Below are positions 1 to 9,156 of a stretch of 64,000 nt of DNA, piece after piece (the first letter of the stretch is position 1; every line of letters starts with the position of its first letter). The position numbers and the translations under genes were made by a program. The notes beneath the pieces are model-generated. The model saw only the letters and a program-made list of their open reading frames with translations, did not search any database and was not told the origin of the DNA. This DNA comes from Clostridia bacterium. GTDB taxonomy: Bacteria > Bacillota > Clostridia > Oscillospirales > CAG-272. The stretch covers positions 1,498 to 65,497 of the forward strand of contig CAAGDE010000001.1 of the NCBI GenBank assembly GCA_900768535.1. Reading direction: 5' to 3'.

Positions 1-364
1 AAAGCCGGAGCGGGTGGCGTTCAATCAGATTGTGGAGTATATTTCGGTCAATTTGCGCCTGGAGCAGCTGACGCCGGCATCCCTCTGTCTCACCTTTTAC
101 ATCAGCGAGCGGACGCTCTCCCGCATGTTTGCGAAGAATATCGGAATTTCGCCTGCAAAGTATATCATGCTGAAGCGGGTAGAGTTTTCCAAGCAGCTGC
201 TGTCCACAACGAAGTATACGGTGGAGGAAATTTCGGAAATGCTGCATTTCTCCGGCTCCCGACATTTTCGTCATGTGTTTACCGAATGCTACGGCATGCC
301 GCCGACCGAATGGAGACGGAAAAACCGCACCGAAGAAAAGAACCCTTACGCAGAACATATTTGA
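1..364 (+). CDS. AraC-family transcriptional regulator, C-terminal HTH part (5' end lies outside the window)
   Basis: Frame is open to the window edge. ISERTLSRMFAKNIGISPAKYIMLKRVEFSKQLL...FSGSRHFRHVFTECYGMPPTEWRR is a typical AraC/XylS double-HTH domain. Confidence 0.8.
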   Translation, partial: KPERVAFNQIVEYISVNLRLEQLTPASLCLTFYISERTLSRMFAKNIGISPAKYIMLKRVEFSKQLLSTTKYTVEEISEMLHFSGSRHFRHVFTECYGMPPTEWRRKNRTEEKNPYAEHI

Positions 365-461
365 CAAAAAAGGGTTTTTGAATTTGGAGATTGTCTACAA
401 AAATCAGCGGGAACTGTCCGAGAAGTGTATAGGATGCACCGCAAAATGACCGTCACAAGCC

Positions 462-490
462 TTGTCAGGGCTTCCCGAAAGAGATATAAT
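462..490 (+). promoter_or_regulatory. Candidate sigma-A promoter (TTGTCA-17 nt-TATAAT) about 200 nt upstream of the 689 gene
   Basis: TTGTCA at 462..467, 17-nt spacer, TATAAT at 485..490. Confidence 0.4.
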
Positions 491-688
491 TATACTGTAA
501 GCCGTTGCGGGTTTATTCGAGAACGGGCGAATGAATCTGGCAATCCCAAATGGGAGATCATGCGGAGTGCAGGGTGAAAAACGGCTGATCAACCATGTAT
601 CCGGTACATGGTGTTCAGCCTTTTTCCTTCAATTTTGACTGTTGCACCGAACGGTGGAGGCAGATAAATAAAGAAAAGGGGAAAAACG

Positions 689-3118
689 ATGAAACAATCC
701 AAACGCGCTTTATCCATGCTCTTGGCAATTCTGATGGCTCTGACAACCGGATTTTCCGCTATGCTGCCCGCTTTTGCGGAAGAGGGCAACGAGGCAAAGA
801 TCGGCGAGACCGAGTATGCAACGCTGGAGGCGGCAATCGATGCTGCCGGAGACGGAGCAACAATTACGCTTCTCCGGGATCTGACATGGTCGGTGAAGGA
901 AAAGAAGTTAGAGAAAGACCTTATCATCGACGGAGGAACGGAAAATCGCAAAATTACTTCTACGGTTGGCTATCTGTTTGATGTTAATCGTAATATCACA
1001 TTTAAAAATCTTAGACTGGATACAAAGAGTGGCTTCCGCTTTAAAAATACCGCCGGAAAGCCGTCGGTTGCAACTGTTGAAAATGTCGAATGGACACTTG
1101 GCAGCGGACTGTTAGTCAACATTCAGGGATCGGTTGCCGATGTTCCGCAGATTTTCAATGTGGTGAATTCCACAATCACCAAAACCGCCGTTTCCGGAGA
1201 CCCGATCATTGCAACCTATGGGGAAAACACCCGCGATATTACGATCAACATTGAAAACTCCACGCTGAATCAGAACGGGGGACAAACGAACGGTAATGTT
1301 GGTAATACCTCTATGTTCTTTTTCAACAAGGGGGCATCCGTGACCCTCAATCTGAAAGAGAACTCGGTACTGAAGTATAATCCGCTTGGAAAAATGAATG
1401 CTGTACAGTCTGTTGTGGTATATGCACGTCCCACCACAATCAACGCAGATGCTACCGTGGCTGTTCACCTGGTCGGCTCCGGTGCAGCAACCCCTTTAAA
1501 CTATTTCATGTTTAACACCGGGAGCGGCAAGCTGACTGTAAACGATGCCGGTGCCGCATGGAACGTCAGCGCTGCGATTGCGGAGCGCGGCTTCTATCTT
1601 CCTGCGTCCGGTAGCTATGATGTCAATGAAACACGCAAGGCACTTGTCTCTTCAAATTGCTTTGCAATCGGAACAGATGCACAGCCGCTGACCTATCGGA
1701 AATCTAAAAATACTTATACCAAAGCGGATCTGGTCGAAGCGGATTATGCGCTTTCCGGTTATACCCTGAAGATTGGCGAGACTCTGTATAATACATGGGA
1801 AGAAGCGCTTGCAGTTGGGGGCGAAATCGAACTGATTGCTAACGCACCGAACATCAGTGCACAGAAAAAACTTACAAAAGATGTTGTAATCGACGGACAG
1901 GGAAAATATATTTTCAGTTCGACTGCCTATTTCTTTGAGCTTGTCGGGCACAGCGCTACCTTCCGCAATCTTAATTTGAATGTCGTAAAGGGAATCGGAA
2001 CCGGTACAGGTGACGGCGCGGCGGTTCTGTTTGAAAACTGCAAAATTGATGTGACAGGCGGTTTGCTGCTGAACATCAAGGCGCAGACAAACGTTATCTT
2101 CCGGAATACGACCGTTGTTTCCACGGCGGCAGATGCGGCGATCCTGCTTAAAGACGGCGCGACATCTGAAATCAAGCTGATGAACTCTACCATCGATTAC
2201 CGGAAGGGCGGCAGCGGAGACATTACCTCCATCATCAACATCGCAAGCAAATCCAAGGGCACGGTTGTGCTCGATGGTACCTCGAAACTGATCTACAGCC
2301 CGAACAGTGCCGGGGCCTACAATCAGATCATTACGGTTCACGATGCAGAAACCGCCGCAACGGTTCATCTGAAGGCGGGTGCGGTGCTGGAGTACAACAC
2401 GGTTCCGAAAAGCACCACATCTCTTGCATTCCTGCGCAGCAATGCGAGTCTGACTCTTGTGGACGAGGGGGCAACGTGGAAGGTCAGCGCGGCGGTTGCT
2501 AAGAAAGGCTACAGCTTTGTGAACACCTCGGGGACCTTCAACTGCAAGACCGTTGCCATGAAAACGGCGGAAGGTAAGCTGTACAGCCCGACCGAGGTCA
2601 TCAAACTGACCGCCGCCACCGCATTTGTTCCGGTTACGATGGGCGTGACCAACGAGGCGGGCGCATCCATCCGGTTGGATCTTCCCACCGGAATCCGGTT
2701 CGGTACGCAGATTGATAAGACGTTCTATGAAACGCTTGGTGCGTCCGCAGTTTACGGTGTGAGAGTTGCCCGCAAGGATGTGCTGAAGAATGGCAATTTC
2801 GCTGCATTGACGGATGAAAATTCGGTTTCCTACACCTCCGCCCAAGAGGGCTTCCGTTGGGTGACCGAGGGTGAGTTCTTCCGCACGGTTCTGATGAACA
2901 TCAATGAAGCGAACTATCAGACCGAGTTGAGCTGGAGCGCATTTGTGACAGTCACCTATGAGGGCGGAAAGACCGCGACCTACTATGCAGACTACACCGA
3001 AGCGGACAACTGCCGCTCGCTGGCGCAGGTTGCATCCCGCGCTCTGCAGGACACCACCGTAACCTGGACGGCGGATGAAACCGCACTGCTGAAAACCATT
3101 GCCGGGATCAATGACTGA
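689..3118 (+). CDS. Secreted 809-aa protein with two tandem beta-helix-like modules and a C-terminal Ig-like module; function unknown
   Basis: Signal peptide MKQSKRALSMLLAILMALTTGFSAMLPAFA. Internal duplication (KIGETEYATLEAAIDAAGDGATITLLRDL...IIDGG versus KIGETLYNTWEEALAVGGEIELIAN...VIDGQG). RBS AAGGGGA upstream. Paralog at 7569..9131. Confidence 0.85.
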   Translation: MKQSKRALSMLLAILMALTTGFSAMLPAFAEEGNEAKIGETEYATLEAAIDAAGDGATITLLRDLTWSVKEKKLEKDLIIDGGTENRKITSTVGYLFDVNRNITFKNLRLDTKSGFRFKNTAGKPSVATVENVEWTLGSGLLVNIQGSVADVPQIFNVVNSTITKTAVSGDPIIATYGENTRDITINIENSTLNQNGGQTNGNVGNTSMFFFNKGASVTLNLKENSVLKYNPLGKMNAVQSVVVYARPTTINADATVAVHLVGSGAATPLNYFMFNTGSGKLTVNDAGAAWNVSAAIAERGFYLPASGSYDVNETRKALVSSNCFAIGTDAQPLTYRKSKNTYTKADLVEADYALSGYTLKIGETLYNTWEEALAVGGEIELIANAPNISAQKKLTKDVVIDGQGKYIFSSTAYFFELVGHSATFRNLNLNVVKGIGTGTGDGAAVLFENCKIDVTGGLLLNIKAQTNVIFRNTTVVSTAADAAILLKDGATSEIKLMNSTIDYRKGGSGDITSIINIASKSKGTVVLDGTSKLIYSPNSAGAYNQIITVHDAETAATVHLKAGAVLEYNTVPKSTTSLAFLRSNASLTLVDEGATWKVSAAVAKKGYSFVNTSGTFNCKTVAMKTAEGKLYSPTEVIKLTAATAFVPVTMGVTNEAGASIRLDLPTGIRFGTQIDKTFYETLGASAVYGVRVARKDVLKNGNFAALTDENSVSYTSAQEGFRWVTEGEFFRTVLMNINEANYQTELSWSAFVTVTYEGGKTATYYADYTEADNCRSLAQVASRALQDTTVTWTADETALLKTIAGIND

Positions 3119-3137
3119 ACCGGGGGAGGAGAAAATC

Positions 3138-3260
3138 ATGAAACACACTTATACAATGCCGCAGGCTGACCTGTTCTCCCTTTGCAAGGAGGATATCCTT
3201 TGCTCCTCAGGTGAAAACGATTTGGACGTCAGTAAGCTGTTTATCATTCAGGGGATCTGA
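3138..3260 (+). CDS. Mini-ORF, 40 aa (MKHTYTMPQADLFSLCKEDILCSSGENDLDVSKLFIIQGI); member of a 3-copy family in this window
   Basis: ATG 6 nt after GGAGGAG and 19 nt after the upstream stop. N-terminal motif shared with 26041..26151 and 33589..33717. Confidence 0.5.
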   Translation: MKHTYTMPQADLFSLCKEDILCSSGENDLDVSKLFIIQGI

Positions 3261-3275
3261 AGTAAGGGAGAAACG

Positions 3276-4115
3276 ATGACAATGGGAAATTTGATACAAC
3301 TTTGCACCGAGGCATCGCGGAAGGATGAGCCGTTCACCAAGGGGTCGTGGCCTGCCGCAGGGATGGGATATGTCTTTGTCACGGACGGCGGAAAACTGTT
3401 GGTGATCGACGGCGGTGAAACCGAGGGGGACGCGGAAATGCTCGTGTCCCTTCTGGAGAAAAAATACGGTGCGCACCCAGTGGTGGATCTTTGGATCCTC
3501 ACGCATTCGCACCTTGACCATTACGGTGCGCTGGAGATCATCGCCAAAACACCGTCGCTCCGGGAGCGCCTCACGGTGTCAAGGCTTTGCGCCTGCACCG
3601 ATATTCCGGTATCCTTTCCGGAGAATGACCAGGCGAGAATTGCGGCAATTCCGGGGTTGCTGGGCTGTGAACAGGTGACACCGCACGCAGGGGATGTGCT
3701 GACGGTGGATGACCTGACTGTCCGGATTCTGTACACCTGGGAGAACGACCCCAAGCTCGCCGATGCGAAATCGTTCAACCGCCTGTCCCTGATCTTCACG
3801 GTCACGGGCGCGGCGCACCGGGCAATGTTTGTCGGCGACTCCACACCGACAGGACCTACGGTTGTGCGCGACAGCACCGATCCGGCGCTCCTGAAAAGCG
3901 ACTTTCTGCAGCTGGCACACCATGGGATGGACGGCGGTAACATCGGCTTTTACCGCCTGGTCAATCCGGAAACCGTTCTGATTCCCTGCTCGCTGGGCGG
4001 CGCAAAGTTTATCAAAACCCCAGAGACCGGCTGCAACTATTTCAACCGGTATATTCAGGAGCGCGCGCTGAGCGTTGTCTGCGCCTGCATGGGCAATACG
4101 GAAATGGAATTCTGA
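3276..4115 (+). CDS. MBL-fold metallo-hydrolase, cytoplasmic
   Basis: HxHxDH motif (LTHSHLDHYGAL), later FVGD and LQLAHHG motifs. No signal peptide. RBS AGGGAGA. Confidence 0.85.
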   Translation: MTMGNLIQLCTEASRKDEPFTKGSWPAAGMGYVFVTDGGKLLVIDGGETEGDAEMLVSLLEKKYGAHPVVDLWILTHSHLDHYGALEIIAKTPSLRERLTVSRLCACTDIPVSFPENDQARIAAIPGLLGCEQVTPHAGDVLTVDDLTVRILYTWENDPKLADAKSFNRLSLIFTVTGAAHRAMFVGDSTPTGPTVVRDSTDPALLKSDFLQLAHHGMDGGNIGFYRLVNPETVLIPCSLGGAKFIKTPETGCNYFNRYIQERALSVVCACMGNTEMEF

Positions 4116-4145
4116 ACCGTCTTCAAAACAAGAAGGAGAAAAATA

Positions 4146-5708
4146 ATGAGAAAATTTCTGATCCTGCTGCTTGCCTGCCTGACCGTGTTGCCCTCGCTGG
4201 CTGCGTGCAACAAGCAGAACCACACCACACCGGGAACCGCCACCTCCGGAAATGCTTCCGGCACGCAAAGCCCCGCCGACACCGAGCCTGAGACCGATGA
4301 ATGGGGCAGAGTGATTGAACCGACCGACTTTGACGTTTCCGGGCTGGATTTCGGCGGGGAAAAGCTGACCGTGCTTTGTGCCGGGCACGATGAGAACGGC
4401 TATTGGGCAATGGATCCCGGGCTTTACAAGAAGCCGTCAGATGCCCTTGAAATGGCGCTCTACAAGCGCAATATGCAGATCGAGCAGGACCTTGGGCTGA
4501 CGCTCAAAGTGGCATATAAGCCTGCAAACGGCGCCTCCAGCGAGCTGAACAAGACCGTTGAGACCGATGCAAAATCAGGGCTGAACGAATATGACATCGT
4601 TGTCAACTATGCGGCATACGGTGTTGTGGAAAACCTGCGCGGCTACTACATGGACCTGCTTGCCGCCGACACGCCGCACCTGCAGCTGGATAAGCCCTGG
4701 TACAACCAGAACTTTATCGAGAACACCCAGGCGTTCGGGCATCTGTATTACATCATCGGGGACTATAACCTCTGTGCCTACAACCGGCTGATGGCAACCT
4801 ACTTCAACCGCACGCTTTGCGCGGCGTATGAGTTGATTCCGGACGACAGCGGAGATGCGCTGTACGATCTGGTTCAGGAAAAAAAGTGGACCTATAGCCG
4901 GCTGTTTGAGTTTGCAAAGTTCTCCCATGATCTCAACGGAAACGGGGAGAAGGACGCGGGCGATATTTACGGTCTGCTTTCCAATGCGGGTTGCGAAGGG
5001 TACGACGGGTTCCTCTACGCCTTCAATCTGGACCTGACCGTGACCAACGATGACGGCACGCACGAATGGAACGTAAACAACAATCAGAAGATGACCGATG
5101 CAATGGAAAAGCTGATCAGCCTGTGGCGCCAGGACGGCGTTTGGATGGTCGGAAAAACGCCCAACTCCGGCTCCACCTCGCAGGACCAATACAAGATGTT
5201 CGCCGACGGCCATGCACTCTTTGATATTGACGTCATCTACCGCTATGCCGCGCAGAACAAGGCATTTCGCGCGATGAAGGACAAATACGGTCTGCTCCCG
5301 CTGCCGAAGTATGATGAGGAGCAGAAAAACTACGGATCCGGCGCACAGGATTCCTACGGAATGACCAGCATTATGAAGGGGAGCGAGGAACTGAACGCCC
5401 GTCGCTGTGCATATTTGGAGTATGCAAACTACCTCAGCTACCAGAACTCCCGCCCCTACTACTTTGAGAAGATCATGAAGGCGCAGTACCTCGGCACGGC
5501 AAAGGCATCGCAGGTTTTCGACATCATTCTTGCCCATGCGGACTTCGACTTTGGCGAGCAGTATTCGGTTGCGCTGGAAGGTGCAAAGAAGCTGCTTTGG
5601 AGATACGTTGCCAAGAATGAGGAGACCGTCTCCGGTGCTTGGGCGACCAACGAAAAGCTGCTGACCAAGAAGCTGCAGGATCTGGATGCCTGGTTCCTGG
5701 CGCAGTAA
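4146..5708 (+). CDS. Extracellular solute-binding lipoprotein (ABC-type sugar SBP, about 520 aa class)
   Basis: Lipobox LPSLAAC. Length and sequence resemble the SBPs at 35091..36620 and 63554.., and the fragment at 38636..39250. RBS AAGGAGA. Confidence 0.85.
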   Translation: MRKFLILLLACLTVLPSLAACNKQNHTTPGTATSGNASGTQSPADTEPETDEWGRVIEPTDFDVSGLDFGGEKLTVLCAGHDENGYWAMDPGLYKKPSDALEMALYKRNMQIEQDLGLTLKVAYKPANGASSELNKTVETDAKSGLNEYDIVVNYAAYGVVENLRGYYMDLLAADTPHLQLDKPWYNQNFIENTQAFGHLYYIIGDYNLCAYNRLMATYFNRTLCAAYELIPDDSGDALYDLVQEKKWTYSRLFEFAKFSHDLNGNGEKDAGDIYGLLSNAGCEGYDGFLYAFNLDLTVTNDDGTHEWNVNNNQKMTDAMEKLISLWRQDGVWMVGKTPNSGSTSQDQYKMFADGHALFDIDVIYRYAAQNKAFRAMKDKYGLLPLPKYDEEQKNYGSGAQDSYGMTSIMKGSEELNARRCAYLEYANYLSYQNSRPYYFEKIMKAQYLGTAKASQVFDIILAHADFDFGEQYSVALEGAKKLLWRYVAKNEETVSGAWATNEKLLTKKLQDLDAWFLAQ

Positions 5709-5718
5709 GCGGGTACAG

Positions 5719-7572
5719 ATGGATATGAACAAAATCAAATATGCAGTGCTCTGGCTGTTGATGCTTTCCATGGCGCTGCCGTTCTCTGCCTGCGTGGGCA
5801 ATCTGCCCGCCCCGACACAGTCGGAGGAGTCCCCCGGCTCGGAATCCGCTCCCCCGGGTTCCGGAACGGCTGAGCCGGTCGCGGACACCCGCTTTCCTGT
5901 CGTAAAGGATGGGAAAGCGGTTCCGGTCGTCTATCCGATGGACGATCTGGACGCGATGGGGTATGCAAAAACGGTTGCGAATAAGATCAAAAGCCTGACC
6001 GGCGCCGATGCGGAATTCCGCGAGGACAGCCGCCGTGTGGACGAGGCGCCGGACACCGAAAGCTACGAAATTCTCATCGGTTCGGTCGACAATCCGGTCT
6101 GCGAAACGGTCCGGGCGCGCATTCCGTACGGCGGCGCGCTGATTGCGGTTGAAGGGCACAAACTCTGCGTGCTGGCAATGGACCCGGATCTCCTCGGCAA
6201 AGCCGCGCTCAAGCTGCTGGCGACGCTGACGTCTGCCTGCGACAAGGACACAAAGGAGATTCTGCTTGCCGGGGATCTGTCGGTCGTCATCGAGGGAACA
6301 GACCTGCTTTCGATGGTCCCGGCGTTCGAAGGAAAAACGCCTGCCGGAACCTATGAAAGCACCGCCAATGCGATGCAGGTGCTGTTCCGGGACGTGACCG
6401 AGGCAGAAGCGGACGCATATCAATCCAAGGTTCTTTCTGCCGGTTACAGTCTCTATTCCGGCGATCAGACGACCGGAAAAACGAAGGACGCCAAGAACCG
6501 GTTCCTGACCTTCCGGCGCGACCGCTATATTCTGACGCTTCTCTACACGCCAAGTGACCGCATCCTGCGCGTGCTGATTGAGACCTCCGACACCACGGCA
6601 CTCGGCTGGCGGGCAGAGGATCAGACCCCGGTGGAGAAGGTCTGCGACGTCACGTTGACGCAGGTCGGTCTGCTTTACGATGTCGGCAGTTTCAACGGTA
6701 TGTGCTACGTGATGCGGCTGGAGGACGGCAGCTTCATCGTCACCGATGGCGGTCATGCCCTGCAGAAGAATGCCGACCGGCTCTATCGGATTCTGCGCAA
6801 GCAGGCGCCGGACCCTGACCGCATCGTGATTGCGGCGTGGATCTTCTCGCATTCGCACGGAGACCACATCGGAATGTTCCCGTATTTCACCGCGTCCTAT
6901 GCCGACCGCGTGACGGTTGAGCGGTTTATCTACAACTTCCCGACTGCCCGGCAGATTACCGGGGACAACACCGCCGCAGGAAACGGCAGGGTGACCAATC
7001 AGGTCGGGCACTACCGGGGTGCAGCCGTCACCAACGCACACCCCGGGCAGGTGATGCTGATTCACGGCGCGAAAATTCGGATTCTCTACACGGCAGACCT
7101 GTTTGTGCCGCAGGAGATCTCCTACAGCAACACCGCCAGTATGTGCTGGACCGTTGAAGCAGGAGGCGTGAAGACCATGATGATGGGCGACCTCGGCGCA
7201 GAGGTGGCATCGGTGATGGAGGCGATTTACAGCGATGACGTCTTCGCTGCCGATGTGCTCCAGGTGGCGCATCACGGAATCAGCTCCTCGCCGAGCACCC
7301 TCTATCCGAAGGTGAATCCCGCCTGGGCGCTGATACCGCTGGGCACCGGTCCGCTCTCGTCGTGTGAGTACGCGGAGGACTGTATCAAATTTGTCAATGC
7401 CGCGCATAACCGCTTCTTCTTTACATCCGAAAAATGCAGGGAGCATGTGTATGTTGCCAATGACGACATTCTGATTCTGACCTTCCGCAACGGGCAGGTT
7501 GCGGATTCCCGTTTGTACGATACCGATTCCAGTTATCTGGATTCCGACACAGAAAGGAGTGCAATGCAATGA
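5719..7572 (+). CDS. Secreted (lipobox FSAC) two-part protein: N-terminal alpha/beta module plus C-terminal MBL-fold hydrolase
   Basis: MDMNKIKYAVLWLLMLSMALPFSAC. C-terminal FSHSHGDHIGMF (HxHxDH) and LQVAHHGI, paralogous to 3276..4115. Start 5719 or 5725 is uncertain. Confidence 0.8.
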   Translation: MDMNKIKYAVLWLLMLSMALPFSACVGNLPAPTQSEESPGSESAPPGSGTAEPVADTRFPVVKDGKAVPVVYPMDDLDAMGYAKTVANKIKSLTGADAEFREDSRRVDEAPDTESYEILIGSVDNPVCETVRARIPYGGALIAVEGHKLCVLAMDPDLLGKAALKLLATLTSACDKDTKEILLAGDLSVVIEGTDLLSMVPAFEGKTPAGTYESTANAMQVLFRDVTEAEADAYQSKVLSAGYSLYSGDQTTGKTKDAKNRFLTFRRDRYILTLLYTPSDRILRVLIETSDTTALGWRAEDQTPVEKVCDVTLTQVGLLYDVGSFNGMCYVMRLEDGSFIVTDGGHALQKNADRLYRILRKQAPDPDRIVIAAWIFSHSHGDHIGMFPYFTASYADRVTVERFIYNFPTARQITGDNTAAGNGRVTNQVGHYRGAAVTNAHPGQVMLIHGAKIRILYTADLFVPQEISYSNTASMCWTVEAGGVKTMMMGDLGAEVASVMEAIYSDDVFAADVLQVAHHGISSSPSTLYPKVNPAWALIPLGTGPLSSCEYAEDCIKFVNAAHNRFFFTSEKCREHVYVANDDILILTFRNGQVADSRLYDTDSSYLDSDTERSAMQ

Positions 7573-9131
7573 ACCGGAAGAATAGACGGTGCGTATCCCT
7601 GCTTCTTGCCCTCTGCATGATGCTGGTCTGCGCTTTGGTACCGGGGGCAGGTGCCGAGGACGCAGGAAACGAGGCAAGGATCGGCGAGACCGAGTATGCA
7701 ACGCTGGGAGAGGCGATTGATGCCTCAAAGGATGGAGACACCATCACGGTCCTGCGGGATCTGACCCTGACCGCAATCAACAAGGAAATCTATAAGAATA
7801 TCACCATCGACGGCGGCGAATCCAAGTATACGGTCAGAGCGACCGGCGGGTATACCTTCCAGTTCTGCGACAGCTTCACGCTGAAAAATCTGAAGCTGGA
7901 TACGCAGAACGGGTTCCGCTTCTGGAACACCAGCCGGAACGGGCGGGAGGCGGTCGTCGGAACGCTGGAGAATGTGGAATGGACGGTCGGCAAAGGGCTG
8001 TTTGTCAATCTGCAGGGCGAAAAGTCGGGCATTCCGCAAACCTTGAACATGATTCGCTCGACCGTTACCAAAACGGCGGTCGCGGGGGACCCCATCATCG
8101 CAACCTACAACAAGGGCGGCAGCGATATTATGATCAACATAGAGGACAGTGTGCTGAACCAGAACGGCGGGCAGACGAACGCCCACACGGGAAACAAGTC
8201 GATGCTCTTCTTCTATCAAAAGGGCAATGTGACGCTGAATGTGAAGGGCAACAGCGCCCTGAATTATACGCCGCTCGGGAAAGCGGATTCCGTGCAGTCG
8301 CTGGCGGTCATCGGCTCCGCAACGGTGACGGTGAATCTTGAGAACACGGTGCGGCTGCATCTTGCGGAATCGGAAAACGCAACGGATAAGCACGGATTTC
8401 TCTACAAGGACGGGAGCGGGACCGCGACAGTGAACGATGCGGGCGCGGTCTGGAGCGCCACCCGCGCCGTTGCGGCAGAGGGGATCCTGAAGCCGAATTT
8501 TGACACCTACAACGGCGAAACAACGATCCGCTGGAGCCTGAAGGACGGCGACCGGCTCGTCTCTGCCGGCTCGGAGTCTCCCTTCCGCTATGCGGCGACC
8601 TCGGAGACGGTTTTGTGCCGCTTTTCGACCTATACCTACCGGCAGGAGGATCTCGTGATGAATGCCGGTGCCGCCATCCGCACCGAGGCGCCCAATGCGA
8701 TGCAGATTTCCGGTGCAATCACGAAAACGCTTTCCGATTACCTTGCGGAGGTCGGGTATAACGTCACCTACGAACTGTTCCTCGTCAAAAAAGCCGACCT
8801 TGAAGCAACCAAGCTCGGCGGCGAGACCTACAATCTGCACCTGCTCGGCGGGCGGGACAAGAAGCAGGTCAACCGGATCTATTGGAGCGAGAGTGAGGAT
8901 GGCAAGACGCTCCTGTTCCGGGGCTGTGTTTACGGTCTGGACGCAGAGGTGGAATACGTGATGGTTGCCGCTGTGACCTTCCTGTTCGGCGAGGAGGAGA
9001 TGCTGTACCATTCCGGGATCGTGGAGGCAGACCACGTGCGCTCGGTCAGGGACATTGCAGCCCGGGCACTCAAGGACGCGGAATATGCCGATAACGCCTA
9101 TCTGAAATCGCTTGTCTCCGGTGCAACCTGA
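7569..9131 (+). CDS. Secreted 520-aa beta-helix-like protein, single-module paralog of 689..3118
   Basis: ATGA start/stop overlap with the upstream gene. Signal peptide. ARIGETEYATLGEAIDASKDGDTITVLRDL...TIDGG aligns with the 689 protein along its length. Confidence 0.85.
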   Translation: MNRKNRRCVSLLLALCMMLVCALVPGAGAEDAGNEARIGETEYATLGEAIDASKDGDTITVLRDLTLTAINKEIYKNITIDGGESKYTVRATGGYTFQFCDSFTLKNLKLDTQNGFRFWNTSRNGREAVVGTLENVEWTVGKGLFVNLQGEKSGIPQTLNMIRSTVTKTAVAGDPIIATYNKGGSDIMINIEDSVLNQNGGQTNAHTGNKSMLFFYQKGNVTLNVKGNSALNYTPLGKADSVQSLAVIGSATVTVNLENTVRLHLAESENATDKHGFLYKDGSGTATVNDAGAVWSATRAVAAEGILKPNFDTYNGETTIRWSLKDGDRLVSAGSESPFRYAATSETVLCRFSTYTYRQEDLVMNAGAAIRTEAPNAMQISGAITKTLSDYLAEVGYNVTYELFLVKKADLEATKLGGETYNLHLLGGRDKKQVNRIYWSESEDGKTLLFRGCVYGLDAEVEYVMVAAVTFLFGEEEMLYHSGIVEADHVRSVRDIAARALKDAEYADNAYLKSLVSGAT

Positions 9132-9156
9132 ATCGGAGCGGAAAGAAGGGTATCTT

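Noticed and set aside
1652-3148. 498-aa antisense ORF opposite the 809-aa exoprotein gene. The same applies to 5524..7728 (-), 7725..9341 (-), 9070..10359 (-), 9314..10723 (-), 11654..13117 (-), 19813..21804 (-), 22369..23628 (-), 46951..48996 (-), 28460..30397 (+), 32382..33425 (+), 35493..36626 (+), 53694..54995 (+) and 54796..56988 (+).
   Set aside because: These are typical shadow ORFs of GC-rich DNA. Their translations are Arg/Pro/Gly/Ala-rich with no recognisable motifs, they lack an SD-preceded start, and each fully overlaps a gene whose product has clear family signatures on the other strand.
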